In this document: one piece after another, positions 36,116 through 46,201 of the stretch
Numbering within the stretch: position 1 is the stretch's first letter
Layout of the letters: each line of letters opens with the position of its first letter
Source: Deferrisomatales bacterium
GTDB taxonomy: Bacteria; Desulfobacterota; Deferrisomatia; Deferrisomatales; JACRMM01
Reading direction: 5' to 3'
NCBI GenBank assembly: GCA_033551855.1
Contig: JAWSUI010000019.1
Span: 1 to 61,529, forward strand
DNA length: 61,529 nt
Notes under the pieces: generated by a model
Told to the model about the DNA's origin: nothing
Seen by the model: only the letters and a program-made list of their open reading frames with translations
Databases searched by the model: none
Made by a program: the position numbers and the translations under genes

Positions 36116-36646
36116 GTGACCCGATCCCCGAGCCCGATCCGCCCCACCCTGGGGGACGACGACGAGATCTTCACCGACGCCCCCTGGAGCTTCGCCCTCC
36201 AGGTGCTGTTGGAGACCCTCCTGCCCGCCCGCCGCGACCTGCTCGTCGACCCGCTCCTCGCGGAGCCATGGTCCTGTGACCCGGAGCGCTGCCGCCCGCT
36301 CCTGGGACCGAACCTGTGCTGCAAGGTGGAGACCCGCTGCGCACACCTCATCGGCGAGGTGTGCGCGGTACACGAGACCAAGCCCTTCTCCTGCGCCCTG
36401 TTCCCACTGGACCTGATCCGAGTCAACGGCATCCGGGTCGTGACCACCCCGAAGAACGAACTCTTCTTCCAGACCGGGTGGAGCCGTTACGACCAGGACA
36501 TGCTCCGGTGCTTCGAGGGTACCAGGAGGGAAGCCACCACCCTCTTCTCCTCCCAGCGCGCGATCCTGCTCCGGGCCTTCACCCTCTCCGAGGTCCGACG
36601 GATGGAGCAGGTTCTCGGGCTGCCCGACCCCGGAGGGGGCGCCTGA
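36116..36646 (+). CDS. Cys-rich hypothetical protein (YkgJ/DUF3109-like cysteine cluster)
   Basis: WSCDPERC...CC...CAHL...[24 protein letters not shown] before GTG. Confidence 0.7.
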   Translation: MTRSPSPIRPTLGDDDEIFTDAPWSFALQVLLETLLPARRDLLVDPLLAEPWSCDPERCRPLLGPNLCCKVETRCAHLIGEVCAVHETKPFSCALFPLDLIRVNGIRVVTTPKNELFFQTGWSRYDQDMLRCFEGTRREATTLFSSQRAILLRAFTLSEVRRMEQVLGLPDPGGGA

Positions 36647-36652
36647 GCTTCC

Positions 36653-37351
36653 TCAAGGGGCCAACCCCGCGGCCGCCTGGTCCACGATGCGGTCCACCTC
36701 CGCCACCACCTTGCGGAACAACGCCTCGAACACCGCCGAGTAGTCATAGGCCCACGCGTCGTGGTCCTCCCAGGAGACGATCTCCTCCGCCTCGGCGTTC
36801 ACCGTTTCCCTTGCGAGGGATCTTCCGGAGGAGGACACCTCCACGAGGGCTGCCAGCCTCGCCCGCTTGGTGATCTCGTAGGGAATCGACAAGCCCCCGC
36901 CGTCCCATTCCCGCCCGGTCAGCAGGCTCGGGAGCCGAAGCGCCGCAACCGTTCCCGCCGCGGCCACCCGCACCGACTGGTGCCGGGGGGCGCCCGCGAG
37001 GCCGCGTCCGGCTTCCCGCTCGACCCCACCGATCTGGCGGTAATCGGTCGAGACGCTCTCCAACGTCACCGTCACGTCGATTGTCGGGCCCTCGGGCGCG
37101 GATTTTCGCGCGGCGTACGCCTCCAGGTGCCTGCTGAACCTCTCCGTGAGCCGGTAGGCCCGGTACGTCTCACTGGGCCCCGAGAGGACGTAGTAGGGGT
37201 CCGCTACGGATGAGCGCAGTTGGACCGAGACGACGGCCGCCCCCCGCTGCACCGCCTGCCCGATCTGGCCGCGGTGCGCCGGCGGCGCGACCACGCCCGC
37301 GCACCCGGCGGCTCCCGCCAAACCGGCCACCACCCACCACCGGCCGACCAT
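36653..37351 (-). CDS. Hypothetical lipoprotein
   Basis: GGAGGAGG RBS; signal MVGRWWVVAGLAGAAGC with lipobox-like Cys. Confidence 0.7.
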   Translation of the reverse strand: MVGRWWVVAGLAGAAGCAGVVAPPAHRGQIGQAVQRGAAVVSVQLRSSVADPYYVLSGPSETYRAYRLTERFSRHLEAYAARKSAPEGPTIDVTVTLESVSTDYRQIGGVEREAGRGLAGAPRHQSVRVAAAGTVAALRLPSLLTGREWDGGGLSIPYEITKRARLAALVEVSSSGRSLARETVNAEAEEIVSWEDHDAWAYDYSAVFEALFRKVVAEVDRIVDQAAAGLAP

Positions 37352-37430
37352 GGGCACACCTCCTCCCCCCGGCGCCCCCCCTATGGGGTCAAGCTAGCCA
37401 CGCCGCGGCGGTTGGCAAGCACACGGCCGC

Positions 37431-37639
37431 CCCAGAAACCTCCACCACAACGCGGGGCGGAGTCCGGGAGCCCCGGAGAGCAGCCCCGTACCGCATCGAC
37501 CGACCCGCCGAGTCCGGCGCAAACGGGTGAAGCCCGGCGCACCGGGGACGGCTGGGACACCCCTTCGAATGGCCGCGGATTGCGGGGCGAAACGTAGGGG
37601 CACCCGGACTTCGCTTGCCGAGCAGGAGGGGAATCCAGG
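37431..37639 (+). repeat. ~200-bp palindromic element, subfamily A, copy A3
   Basis: CCCAGAAACCTCC...GGAGTCCGGGAGC...GCAAACGGGTGAAG...GCGGATTGCGGGGCGAAACG...GGAGGGGAATCCAGG. Confidence 0.9.
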
Positions 37640-37667
37640 CTCCCCTCGGCAGGCCGCAGACGCCCGG

Positions 37668-38270
37668 TCAGCCGTTGACCAACCGCACGATCGAGCGGCC
37701 GTCGGGGTGGTAGTCGATCTGGTTCAGGCACGCGTATTCCTGGGCCACGGAGTGAAACCGGGCCAGCGGCACCCCGAGCGCCTCGAACAGGATCACCCGG
37801 TTGACTCCGCCGTGAGCCACCAGGCACAGGCTTCTGCCCGGATGTCGTCCCAGTGCGACCTCCAGGCTCGGGAGCACACGGGCTCGCAGCTGGGAGAGGC
37901 TTTCCCCGCCGGGCACCACGAACCCCTCCAGATCGGCCCGCCAACGCTCCAGCAACTCCCGCTCCTCCCGCCACAGCACTGCGAAGGACCGGTCGTCCCA
38001 GCGCCCCAGGTGCAGCTCCCGAAAAGCGGGGTCCTCCCGGACCGGCAGACCCCGGGGAGAGGCCACCGCCCGAGCTCCCTCACGCGCGCGGGAAAGGTCC
38101 GAGCAGTAGACCGCAGCCAAATCCTCCCCCGCCAGTCGCTGCGCGACCGCCTCCATCTGCTGCCTCCCCCGGGGGGTGAGCGCCACGTCCACGTGCCCGT
38201 GGAGCACGCCCTCGCCGAACACCTCGCCGTGGCGGACGAGGAAGAGGCGGGTGGGAGCAGGGTGGGGCAT
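37668..38270 (-). CDS. Histidine phosphatase family protein (CobC/GpmB-like)
   Basis: LVRHGE, CSDLSRA, FRELHLGRWD, PGGES, VAHGGVNR. Confidence 0.9.
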   Translation of the reverse strand: MPHPAPTRLFLVRHGEVFGEGVLHGHVDVALTPRGRQQMEAVAQRLAGEDLAAVYCSDLSRAREGARAVASPRGLPVREDPAFRELHLGRWDDRSFAVLWREERELLERWRADLEGFVVPGGESLSQLRARVLPSLEVALGRHPGRSLCLVAHGGVNRVILFEALGVPLARFHSVAQEYACLNQIDYHPDGRSIVRLVNG

Positions 38271-38278
38271 CGGGGCTC

Positions 38279-41002
38279 TCAGAACACGTTGCCGATGGTG
38301 AAGTACCACACGTAGGGATCCTCGTCCTCCCGCCGGGCAAGGTTGAAGCCCACGTCCAGGGAGACGGGCCCCACCGGGGTCACGTACCGGAGACCGCCCC
38401 CCACCCCCTGCCGAAGGCCGGAATCGCTGGGCAAGCCCGAGGCCTGATTCCACACGTTGCCCGTGTCCCAGAAGAGGGCCCCCCCCAGTCGCTTCCACAT
38501 CGGGAACCGCAGCTCGGCCTTGACGTTGACCATGACGTCGCCCCCCACGGGGGTCCCGTCCTGGGCCCGGGGGCCGACCTCGTCCCTCTGGAAGCCCCGG
38601 ACGGTGCTCCTGCCTCCCAAGAAGAACCGCTTGTTCACGGGAAGGTCCGCCGTGCTGCCCTGGCGCAGGGCGATCCCTCCCCGGGCCAAGAGCGCCAAGG
38701 TCAGGTCCCCAGCGCTGAAGAACCCGCTCACCGACCCCACGTACCGCTCGTACTCCACCTCGGAGCCCAAGGCCTCGAGGGCCCACTCCGCCTGGAGAGT
38801 GTGGTGAAACCCGCGCCTCGGGTTGAAGGGGTCGTCCCGGGAGTCCCACACGAGGACCGGCCCCACCGCCGAGAGAAGGTATGCGCTGATCCTGTCTTCC
38901 CCCAGCACGGTCTCGTCCACCACGTCGCTGAGCCGGTTCTCCTCCAGGGTGTAGAGGAGGGAGCCCTTGAGGTAGTCCCCGAAGCTGCGCTCCAGCGACG
39001 CCTGGAACGCCAGGGCCGACAGATCATAGGCATCCCGGTCCTGATGGCTTCTCAGCAGGCTCAGTCGGAGGTCGTAGGGCCGCTCCCAGAGCCAAGGCTC
39101 TCGGAAGTTGACGGCCCAAGACCGGTCGAGCTCGTCGAAATCGTACCTGAACCCCAGGCTGCGCCCCGTTCCCCAGAGGTTGGCGTGGGAGAGCCCGCCC
39201 GAGCCCTTGATGCCCTCCTCCGTCCCGTAACCCAGCCCAAAGGCGACGCTTCCGGCATCCTGCTCCTCCACTTCCACCCCTACGTCGCGAACCGACGCCC
39301 CGGGGTCTCGGTCCAGCGGCTCGATCCGGACTCGTTGGAAGAAGCCCAGCCGGTACAGCCGCTGCCGGCTCCGCAGGACCTCCTCCGGATCCCAGGGGTC
39401 CCCCTCCCGAATGGTCAGCTCCCGACGGACGACCTTGGTCTGGGTGCGGGTGTTTCCATAGACCACGGCCTGACCGAAACGCACCGCGGGGCCTCCATCC
39501 ACCCGGAATCTCACGTGGACACGCCCGGCCTCGGGGAACCTTTCCGTCCGGACGCTCACCTCCGCATCCGGGTGACCCCGCCGCTCGAGCTCGCGCAGGA
39601 CGCGCAGCCGGGCCTGCTCGACGGCCCCCGGGTCGGCGGGCAGCCCGGGGGGCAAGGAGGCCGCGGTGCGGGCATCCAAGTCCTCCAGGGCCCCGTCCCC
39701 CTCGAAGGAGACCTCCCCGATGAGATACCGGGGACCCTCCTCCACCCGAAGGTGCAGGGAAGCCCCACCGTCCTGGGCCACCGAGAGCTCCGCCACGGAG
39801 ACCGCGGCGTCCAGGAAGCCGGAGGAGGCGTACACGTCGGCGAGAACACGCAGGTCACGCTCCAAGGCCTCCTGGGAGAAGGGAGGACGCCGGACGACAC
39901 CCCCCACCACGAGGGACATGTACCGACGCAGGCCGCTCGAGGACAGGTTCTCGTTCCCGTCGAAGGAGACCCGGGTCAATCGGGAGCGCGGGCCCCGCTC
40001 CACCTGAAAGACGACGCGCCTCCGGCCGTAGGCGTGGCCCGTCTCGGGAGTGACGGTGGCGTGGTAATACCCGCGAAAATGCAGGTTCTCCTCCATGAGC
40101 GCAGCCGTCCGGGAGATCCAGTCCTCGTCGAGCGGCTCGCCGAAGCGCTCCCGGGCGATCTCCCTCAAGGGGGCGGCAGCCCACGCGTCCACGTCCTCCA
40201 CCCGCACATCGGTCGGTTCGCCCACCGTGAGAGGCAGGACGAGCACCGCGGCGTCCCCTTCGAGCCGAAACGCCGCCCTTCCGGCGCGGGCCTCCGGGTA
40301 TCCCTCGCGGTGCAGCACCTCCAGCAGCCTTCGCACCCCGTCTCGCAGCCGCGTGCGGGAGGCAGGAGCCCCCTCGCGAAGCCCCAGGATGGAGAGCATT
40401 CGCTCGGTGTCCATGGCGTCCCCGGCGTCCCCCTCGACGCGGACGATGGACCGAGGCCTGCCTTCGCGGATGTCGAAGACCAGCCGCAACCACCGGGGGT
40501 CCCGCCGCGGCTCCACCCGGGGCGCCGCGGCCGCCTCGGGGAAGCCCTCCCCCTCGTAGAGCTCGCGGATGGCCTCCACGTCCTGGGCGAGCTGCGGCGC
40601 CCGCAAGGGCCGGTCGACCCGCGTCTGGAGGCGGTCCCGGAGCTGCTTGTTCCCCAGGCGCCGGTTGCCCCGGAGCCGAATGGTCCGAATCAGGGGCTCG
40701 GCGAGCACCTCCAGCTCCAGGGCGATCCCCCCCTCGTCGGGCGCTCCCCGGACCACCACGTCCCGCAGGGAAACCTTCTGCGCAAGGCGCGCCAGGCCCC
40801 TTTGGACGCGCTCGACAGAATACACATCCCCCGCACGCAGGCCGAAGAGCGCCCGCACCTCCGCATCCCCCACGCGGGTCTCGTTGCGCACCACCACTCG
40901 GGTCACCGGGCGGCCCTCGGCGAACCGGAGGTCGGGCAGGTCTGCGGCCGAAGCCCACCCCGCGAAGAGCGCCGCTGCCAGGATCGGGAGGAGGGGTCTC
41001 AT
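38279..41002 (-). CDS. BamA/TamA-family outer membrane protein with multiple POTRA domains
   Basis: Signal peptide, POTRA repeats (GN..T...VRREL, LYRLGFF), barrel motifs FFLGGRSTVRGF and GLRYVTPVGP, terminal GNVF. Confidence 0.9.
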   Translation of the reverse strand: MRPLLPILAAALFAGWASAADLPDLRFAEGRPVTRVVVRNETRVGDAEVRALFGLRAGDVYSVERVQRGLARLAQKVSLRDVVVRGAPDEGGIALELEVLAEPLIRTIRLRGNRRLGNKQLRDRLQTRVDRPLRAPQLAQDVEAIRELYEGEGFPEAAAAPRVEPRRDPRWLRLVFDIREGRPRSIVRVEGDAGDAMDTERMLSILGLREGAPASRTRLRDGVRRLLEVLHREGYPEARAGRAAFRLEGDAAVLVLPLTVGEPTDVRVEDVDAWAAAPLREIARERFGEPLDEDWISRTAALMEENLHFRGYYHATVTPETGHAYGRRRVVFQVERGPRSRLTRVSFDGNENLSSSGLRRYMSLVVGGVVRRPPFSQEALERDLRVLADVYASSGFLDAAVSVAELSVAQDGGASLHLRVEEGPRYLIGEVSFEGDGALEDLDARTAASLPPGLPADPGAVEQARLRVLRELERRGHPDAEVSVRTERFPEAGRVHVRFRVDGGPAVRFGQAVVYGNTRTQTKVVRRELTIREGDPWDPEEVLRSRQRLYRLGFFQRVRIEPLDRDPGASVRDVGVEVEEQDAGSVAFGLGYGTEEGIKGSGGLSHANLWGTGRSLGFRYDFDELDRSWAVNFREPWLWERPYDLRLSLLRSHQDRDAYDLSALAFQASLERSFGDYLKGSLLYTLEENRLSDVVDETVLGEDRISAYLLSAVGPVLVWDSRDDPFNPRRGFHHTLQAEWALEALGSEVEYERYVGSVSGFFSAGDLTLALLARGGIALRQGSTADLPVNKRFFLGGRSTVRGFQRDEVGPRAQDGTPVGGDVMVNVKAELRFPMWKRLGGALFWDTGNVWNQASGLPSDSGLRQGVGGGLRYVTPVGPVSLDVGFNLARREDEDPYVWYFTIGNVF

Positions 41003-44000
41003 CGGAACGGGAACCGCACCCGCAGCTCCCCCCCGAAGGAACCCTGGGCCTCGGCACCCCGGTCGTTCCAGGTGCCGAGCAGGGAGAGCCGCCGGGTGAG
41101 GGAGTACTGCACCTCGAAGTCCTGCTCCGCCTCCCCTCCAAAGGCCGCGGAATACCGGGCGAAGAGGGACCGGGAGATGGCTTTGCCCACTGTGACCCGG
41201 GGTACGGTGGTCTGGGTGGCCGGGGAGTAGACCGGGTCGATCTGGAACTGGTCGAACCCGAGGATCTCGCCGACCTCGCTCTCGAGCTCGTCCTGGAGCC
41301 GACCGGTGAGAAAGCTCGCCGCCTCCGCCGCGGTCAAGGCTTGGGCGTCCTGCATCTCCCCCGCGGTCGTACCCACGGTCAGGAGCGCCACGATGTCGTT
41401 GTGGGGGAGGGGAGGCAGGCTGGCCAGGGTCACCTGGTAGTCGTCGAGGGGGCCGAAGATGTCGACGCTCACGTCATACTGCCGCACGCTCGTGCGGGCG
41501 TGCAGGTCCAGCCGGGGCACCGGCCGAGTCTCGCCGAGAAACTCCACCGAGCTCCGGAGCACCTCGTACTCTACCGCCCGCAGGCGCACGATTCCCTCCT
41601 GCACGTCCACCCTGCCCCAGAGGGCCGGGCGGGGCAGATGGCCCCGGGCCCGGAGATCCACCGCCAAGGACAGGTCCGCCAGATTGTTCTCCACCCGCAG
41701 GTTGTCATCCCCCCGGACGGCCAGGTCCACGAAAACGGTCCCAGCCTCGGGCAGGCCCCGCACTTCCCGGGGCCGGCGCTGGATGGCCTCGAACACCAGG
41801 GTCTTGAGGTTTACCCTCTGCTCGTACAGGAACTCCTTGAGCCGAATGTCCCCCCGGATCTCGGGCCGTTCCGCGGTCCCGGTGAACAGCAGGTCGGCAT
41901 CGAGGAGGCTCGTGACCCGCGGGGGTCGTTCCTGAGCGATGTTGCGCAGCTCGGCGAGCAGGCGCAGGCGCCCGGGCCGCAGGCCGTCCAGCCCCACCGA
42001 ACCTTCCAGGTGGACCCGGCCGGGGCCGACCTGGGCGTCGAGCCACTCCACGACCAACCCCTGGCGCGCGTCGAAGAAGGCCGAGGCGTCCAGGTCCTCC
42101 ACGGGCTGACCGAGGGGCTCCAGGTACAAGGTCGCACCGGGCTCCACGACCATGGGCCCCATCACCCTCGGCGCCTCCCAGGGTCCCCTGAGCTCGAGCT
42201 CGGCCCGGGCCGTACCCGACCCCCGCCGCACCGCAGGTACCCACCCGCGCAGCGCCCCCATGTCCAGGGAACCCTCCAGGTCCAGGGCCCATTCTTCGCC
42301 GGGGCGCAGGCTGCCGGCCGCGGTCAGCGTCAAGCCGCTCCCCTCCAGGCGCAGACTCTCCGCCCGCGCTTCCCCGGCCTCGTAGGAGACGCGGACGGGT
42401 CCCACGTTCTCCACGGCGGCCGGTGGGACCTCGAGACGCAAACGGGTGAGGTCGAGCCTCCCCGAGACCCCCGCGTCCGGTGCCCAGCTCAGGCTCCCCT
42501 GCCCTTCGACCTCCCCGGAGAAATCCTCCGGCAGGCCGGGGTAGTCCAACCATTCCTCGAGGGACAGGCCCTGGAGCTCTGCCCGAAGGGTCAGCTCCCC
42601 CTCCGGGGACCGGTGCGCGACCACTCCCGTCCCCCGGGCCTCCCGGGCTTCCAGGGAGCCCCTGCCTCCCCTCCAGGCAGCGGTCCACTCCCAGGTCGAG
42701 GGGAGGGCCGGGCCCCAGGACAGACCCTCCACCGAGCCGGTCGCAGAGGCCTTCGCCAGCTCGAGGCCGAGTCCCCGCGCGCTACCCCGCGCGGTCACGG
42801 CCCCCCGCAGGGACTCCAGGGGGTGGCCAGGGGGCACCCATCGACCGGGGGAGAACCCCTCCAGAAGCGCCTCGAGACTCCAGTCGCCGCCCGGCGCGCC
42901 CTCCGCGGCGGCCCGCAGCGACACGCCGTCGGACTCCAGCCGCAGCTCCGGTTTCCCCTCCTTCGTCTCGGCGCGAAACCTCCACTCCGGTCCGGGGGAC
43001 CCGTCGGGGAATGCGACCTCCGTGAGGGAGCCGGTCCCCTCCAGGAACGCGAGGGCGTCCAGCACCGGGACACCTGCGGCCTCCCGGAGGACTGCCGGGG
43101 AGAGGCCGGCCCGAACCCGCGCCGTCACCCGCCCCTCCGGCACGGGGGCAAGGGGCCGGAGCCGGGAGAGCGCGAAGCCCTCCAACACGGCCCCCACCTC
43201 CAGCAGACCGTCGGGTGGGGGCGGCAGAACCGCCGAAACCACCGCCTCCCCCTCCCAGAGCCGCACGGAGGCACGTGCTCCTTCCGCCCCCGCCGCTCCC
43301 TCCAGGACGACCCGGCCCAGGTCCACCCCCTGCCAGCGAACGGCCTCCAGGGCGCCGGAGCCCTGCACCCACAGGCGGCGGTCCTCGCCGCCGAGGAGGC
43401 CGTCGAGCCGCAGGCGGCCCGTGACCGACCTGGCGTGCAGGGAAGGGGGAAGGACGTCCAGGGGCAAAGCGCCCCAGGGGAGGTCCAGGAAGCGCGCATC
43501 CACGGTGAGGGGCAGCTCCCCGGAAAGATCGAGCCCGGCCCGCACCACGGCCCCCCCCTCGAACGCCAGGGCCTCGGCCTCCGCCCTACCCCCTTCGTAC
43601 CGGGCCCGGATCGCCACGTCGCCCTGGGAGCGCCCGAGCACCCGCAGGGCGCCCAGCGAGCCCGAGAGCTCCGCCGTCGGGCTCCCGTAGGGGCCGCGGG
43701 CCAGAAAGTCCGCCGTGAGCTCCCCCTCGATCGGGAGCTCCGCGCCGTGGGCCCCTGCCACCTCCTCCAGACGCAGGCCGGCCAGCTCCCCCTGGATCCC
43801 GAACCGCTCGAGGTCCCCGCCCCCCCGGGCCGCGGCGACCCCGCCGTAGGCGTTCACCTCTGCGTCCTCCAGGGTCCAGGCCACGGACGACGCGCGGCCT
43901 CGGGCGGCGGCCCGGGAGACGGCATACCCGAAGGCGGTGAGCCCCTCGACCCCGGCCTCTCCGGCAAACTCGGGCTCCGCGAGCGGTCCGACGAGCCTGC

Positions 44001-45741
44001 CGCGGGCCCACCCCGCTCCCCCGAGGCCTGCCGGATTCAGCGAGAGCTCGGCGGGCGCCAGCGCAACGAGGGCCGCGAAGTCCGCGACCTCCGCCTCCAC
44101 GTCCAGTCGGTACTCTCCGCCCGCGTGCAGCCCGGCCGTCCCGGTCGCGCGCACCTCCCCCCACCCCCCCGTCAACGCCGCGCCCTGGAGAGTCAGGTCG
44201 TGCAGGTCGTAGCGCGTCCGCCCCGTGAGCCGGCCGAGGTCCTCACCGTGGGCCAGTACGGAGGCAAGGTCCACGTCGTACTCGAACACCAGGTCCCGGT
44301 AGGGCCCCCCGAAGCGGCCCACGGCCCTTCCCCGGGCGTCCAGATCCCGGGGGACGTAGAGGCGCACCACCTCCAGGTCCCGCACCGCCACCTCGGTCTC
44401 GAGCCACAGTCCCTCGAGGTAGCGGATCCGGCCGGAGGGGATGACCACGGTCGCAGAGGCGGTGTCGACGCGGGTCGCGCCAAAGCGGATCTCCTGCGAT
44501 CCGACGGTGAGTCGGGAGGCCGCCGCCCCGCTCGACATCGTGAAGACCGTGGTGCGCTCGTCCCCCACCGTGACGTCCACATCGCGCACCTCGAGATCGA
44601 CCGCGCACTCCAGCGCGAGCTCTGGGGCGAGCGGGCCCTTCGCCGCGAAAGAACCCGACGCCCGCCCCCCCACGGGGAACCACTCCGGCAGCAAGATCCC
44701 CATGAACGCGCGCAGATCGTAGTCGATGGCCGTCCCCTGCGCCTCCAGAGCCAGCCCGCCGCCCCACCGCACGCGCCCTGCCAACGCCGAGACGCCCCCA
44801 GCCGACGTCCGGGCCTCCACCTCGTCGAACGAAACCCCTTCGCGATCGAGAGCCCAGAGGGCGGAGGCTCCCTCGACCCGCACGGAGGAGAAGCGCCCGG
44901 GCTCCAGCCCGAGCGTCCCCCGGACCTCGGGGTGCTCGGTCGTCCCCCCCACGTGGGCCGAGAACGACACGGCCGTGTCCAGCGGGGCCAGCCTATCCAG
45001 GCGAGCCGCCTCAAGCCAGGCAGGGGGCAGGTCCCGGAGGGACACGCCGCCCACAACGTCCAGGTCCAGGAGGCGCCACGGCCCCACCCGGCCCTTCGCC
45101 TCCATTCCCAGACGCCCCGTTCTCACCTCGAGACGGGAGACCTTCACCGTGGCGAAGCGGCGCTCCCCCTCGAAGCGGAGAAGCTCCAACGGTTCCTCCA
45201 CCCCTCTCCACGTGACGGCGCCTCCCTGCACCGTCCCGGCACCCCGGTTGGCCACCCAGTCGATGTCCACACGGGGAAGCCGCAAGCCCACCCCCAGAGC
45301 GGGCAAGGCCAGGTCTACCCCACCGTTTCGCAGTAGGAGCGTCTCGAAGACGATCGCGGGGCTACGCCTCCCCAGCCGGCCCTCCGACGCGACGCCGCCG
45401 GCCGGCAACACGACCTCCCCCTCCAGGCGGGGTGCGGCCGCCTCGGCTTCCAGATGAAGGGTTCCGGAAAGGGATCGGAAGAACCGCAGGCGCAGGGCCA
45501 CGGCCTCCGCCCGGAAGGTCCAGCCGCCTTCCGGGGAGCGTGCCTCCACCGCGGTGACCCGCAGAGAGGGGCCCCAGGGGTCGAAGTCGGCGCGCCCGAC
45601 ACGCAACTCCACCCCCACCCGCCGGGCCCACTCGGGGGCCTTGCCGGTCAGGAAGGAGTCCACGGCCGGCGTCTTCAGGGCCCAGTAGACCGCCAGGGGG
45701 ATCGCCGCGACCAGCACCACAGCCGCGAGAATGCGCCTCAC
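40999..45741 (-). CDS. tamB: Translocation and assembly module TamB/AsmA-like protein
   Basis: About 1580 aa, N-terminal TM anchor, beta-rich repeats, DUF490-like C-terminus (SLPPLP..DIVALL, VGKAISRSL); coupled to the BamA/TamA gene. Start uncertain (45741 or 45789). Confidence 0.85.
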   Translation of the reverse strand: MRRILAAVVLVAAIPLAVYWALKTPAVDSFLTGKAPEWARRVGVELRVGRADFDPWGPSLRVTAVEARSPEGGWTFRAEAVALRLRFFRSLSGTLHLEAEAAAPRLEGEVVLPAGGVASEGRLGRRSPAIVFETLLLRNGGVDLALPALGVGLRLPRVDIDWVANRGAGTVQGGAVTWRGVEEPLELLRFEGERRFATVKVSRLEVRTGRLGMEAKGRVGPWRLLDLDVVGGVSLRDLPPAWLEAARLDRLAPLDTAVSFSAHVGGTTEHPEVRGTLGLEPGRFSSVRVEGASALWALDREGVSFDEVEARTSAGGVSALAGRVRWGGGLALEAQGTAIDYDLRAFMGILLPEWFPVGGRASGSFAAKGPLAPELALECAVDLEVRDVDVTVGDERTTVFTMSSGAAASRLTVGSQEIRFGATRVDTASATVVIPSGRIRYLEGLWLETEVAVRDLEVVRLYVPRDLDARGRAVGRFGGPYRDLVFEYDVDLASVLAHGEDLGRLTGRTRYDLHDLTLQGAALTGGWGEVRATGTAGLHAGGEYRLDVEAEVADFAALVALAPAELSLNPAGLGGAGWARGRLVGPLAEPEFAGEAGVEGLTAFGYAVSRAAARGRASSVAWTLEDAEVNAYGGVAAARGGGDLERFGIQGELAGLRLEEVAGAHGAELPIEGELTADFLARGPYGSPTAELSGSLGALRVLGRSQGDVAIRARYEGGRAEAEALAFEGGAVVRAGLDLSGELPLTVDARFLDLPWGALPLDVLPPSLHARSVTGRLRLDGLLGGEDRRLWVQGSGALEAVRWQGVDLGRVVLEGAAGAEGARASVRLWEGEAVVSAVLPPPPDGLLEVGAVLEGFALSRLRPLAPVPEGRVTARVRAGLSPAVLREAAGVPVLDALAFLEGTGSLTEVAFPDGSPGPEWRFRAETKEGKPELRLESDGVSLRAAAEGAPGGDWSLEALLEGFSPGRWVPPGHPLESLRGAVTARGSARGLGLELAKASATGSVEGLSWGPALPSTWEWTAAWRGGRGSLEAREARGTGVVAHRSPEGELTLRAELQGLSLEEWLDYPGLPEDFSGEVEGQGSLSWAPDAGVSGRLDLTRLRLEVPPAAVENVGPVRVSYEAGEARAESLRLEGSGLTLTAAGSLRPGEEWALDLEGSLDMGALRGWVPAVRRGSGTARAELELRGPWEAPRVMGPMVVEPGATLYLEPLGQPVEDLDASAFFDARQGLVVEWLDAQVGPGRVHLEGSVGLDGLRPGRLRLLAELRNIAQERPPRVTSLLDADLLFTGTAERPEIRGDIRLKEFLYEQRVNLKTLVFEAIQRRPREVRGLPEAGTVFVDLAVRGDDNLRVENNLADLSLAVDLRARGHLPRPALWGRVDVQEGIVRLRAVEYEVLRSSVEFLGETRPVPRLDLHARTSVRQYDVSVDIFGPLDDYQVTLASLPPLPHNDIVALLTVGTTAGEMQDAQALTAAEAASFLTGRLQDELESEVGEILGFDQFQIDPVYSPATQTTVPRVTVGKAISRSLFARYSAAFGGEAEQDFEVQYSLTRRLSLLGTWNDRGAEAQGSFGGELRVRFPFR

Positions 45742-45808
45742 CAAGAGATCCCTCTCGTCCTCGCCGCGCCGGGCCGAGGCTCGCGTCAAGAGTCCGATTC
45801 TTCTTGGA

Positions 45809-45850
45809 AATCAAAGCGTTAGCATAGCGGGCTCGCTCCCCGCCTGTCAA
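45809..45850 (-). promoter_or_regulatory. Putative sigma70 promoter for tamB with adjoining IHF consensus
   Basis: TTGACA (45850-45845), 18 bp, TATGCT (45826-45821); AATCAAAGCGTTA at 45809-45821 on + fits WATCAANNNNTTR. Confidence 0.55.
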
Positions 45851-45862
45851 GGAACCGCGGCG

Positions 45863-46071
45863 CCCTGGATTCACCGGCTGGTCAGCGAGCGGAGTCCGGG
45901 AGCCCCTGCGTTTCGCCCGCAATCCGCGGTCATTCGAAGAAGTGTCCCCGCAGTCCCCGCTGCGCCGGGCTTCACCCGCTTGCACCGGCCTCGTCGACTC
46001 GGTGGAGGCGGTGCGGGGCTGCACTCCTGGGCTCCCGGACTCCGCCCCACAATGCGGTGGTGGATTCTGGG
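45863..46071 (-). repeat. ~200-bp palindromic element, subfamily A, copy A4
   Basis: Reverse complement of the A2 pattern with perfect GGAGTCCGGGAGC/GCTCCCGGACTCC arms. Confidence 0.9.
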
Positions 46072-46113
46072 CGCCTCGAGAACCGGCCCGGTGTTGGCCC
46101 GGTGTTGGCCCGG

Positions 46114-46143
46114 TTGACACTGGAGAAGGCGTTCCGTTAGCAT
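46114..46143 (+). promoter_or_regulatory. Putative sigma70 promoter for the acyl-CoA synthetase gene
   Basis: TTGACA 46114-46119, 18 bp, TAGCAT 46138-46143. Confidence 0.55.
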
Positions 46144-46201
46144 GACACATCGTTTGTTTTGGGGTAGACGGTCTGACCGAAGAGCTCGAGAGGAGGAGAG
46201 C

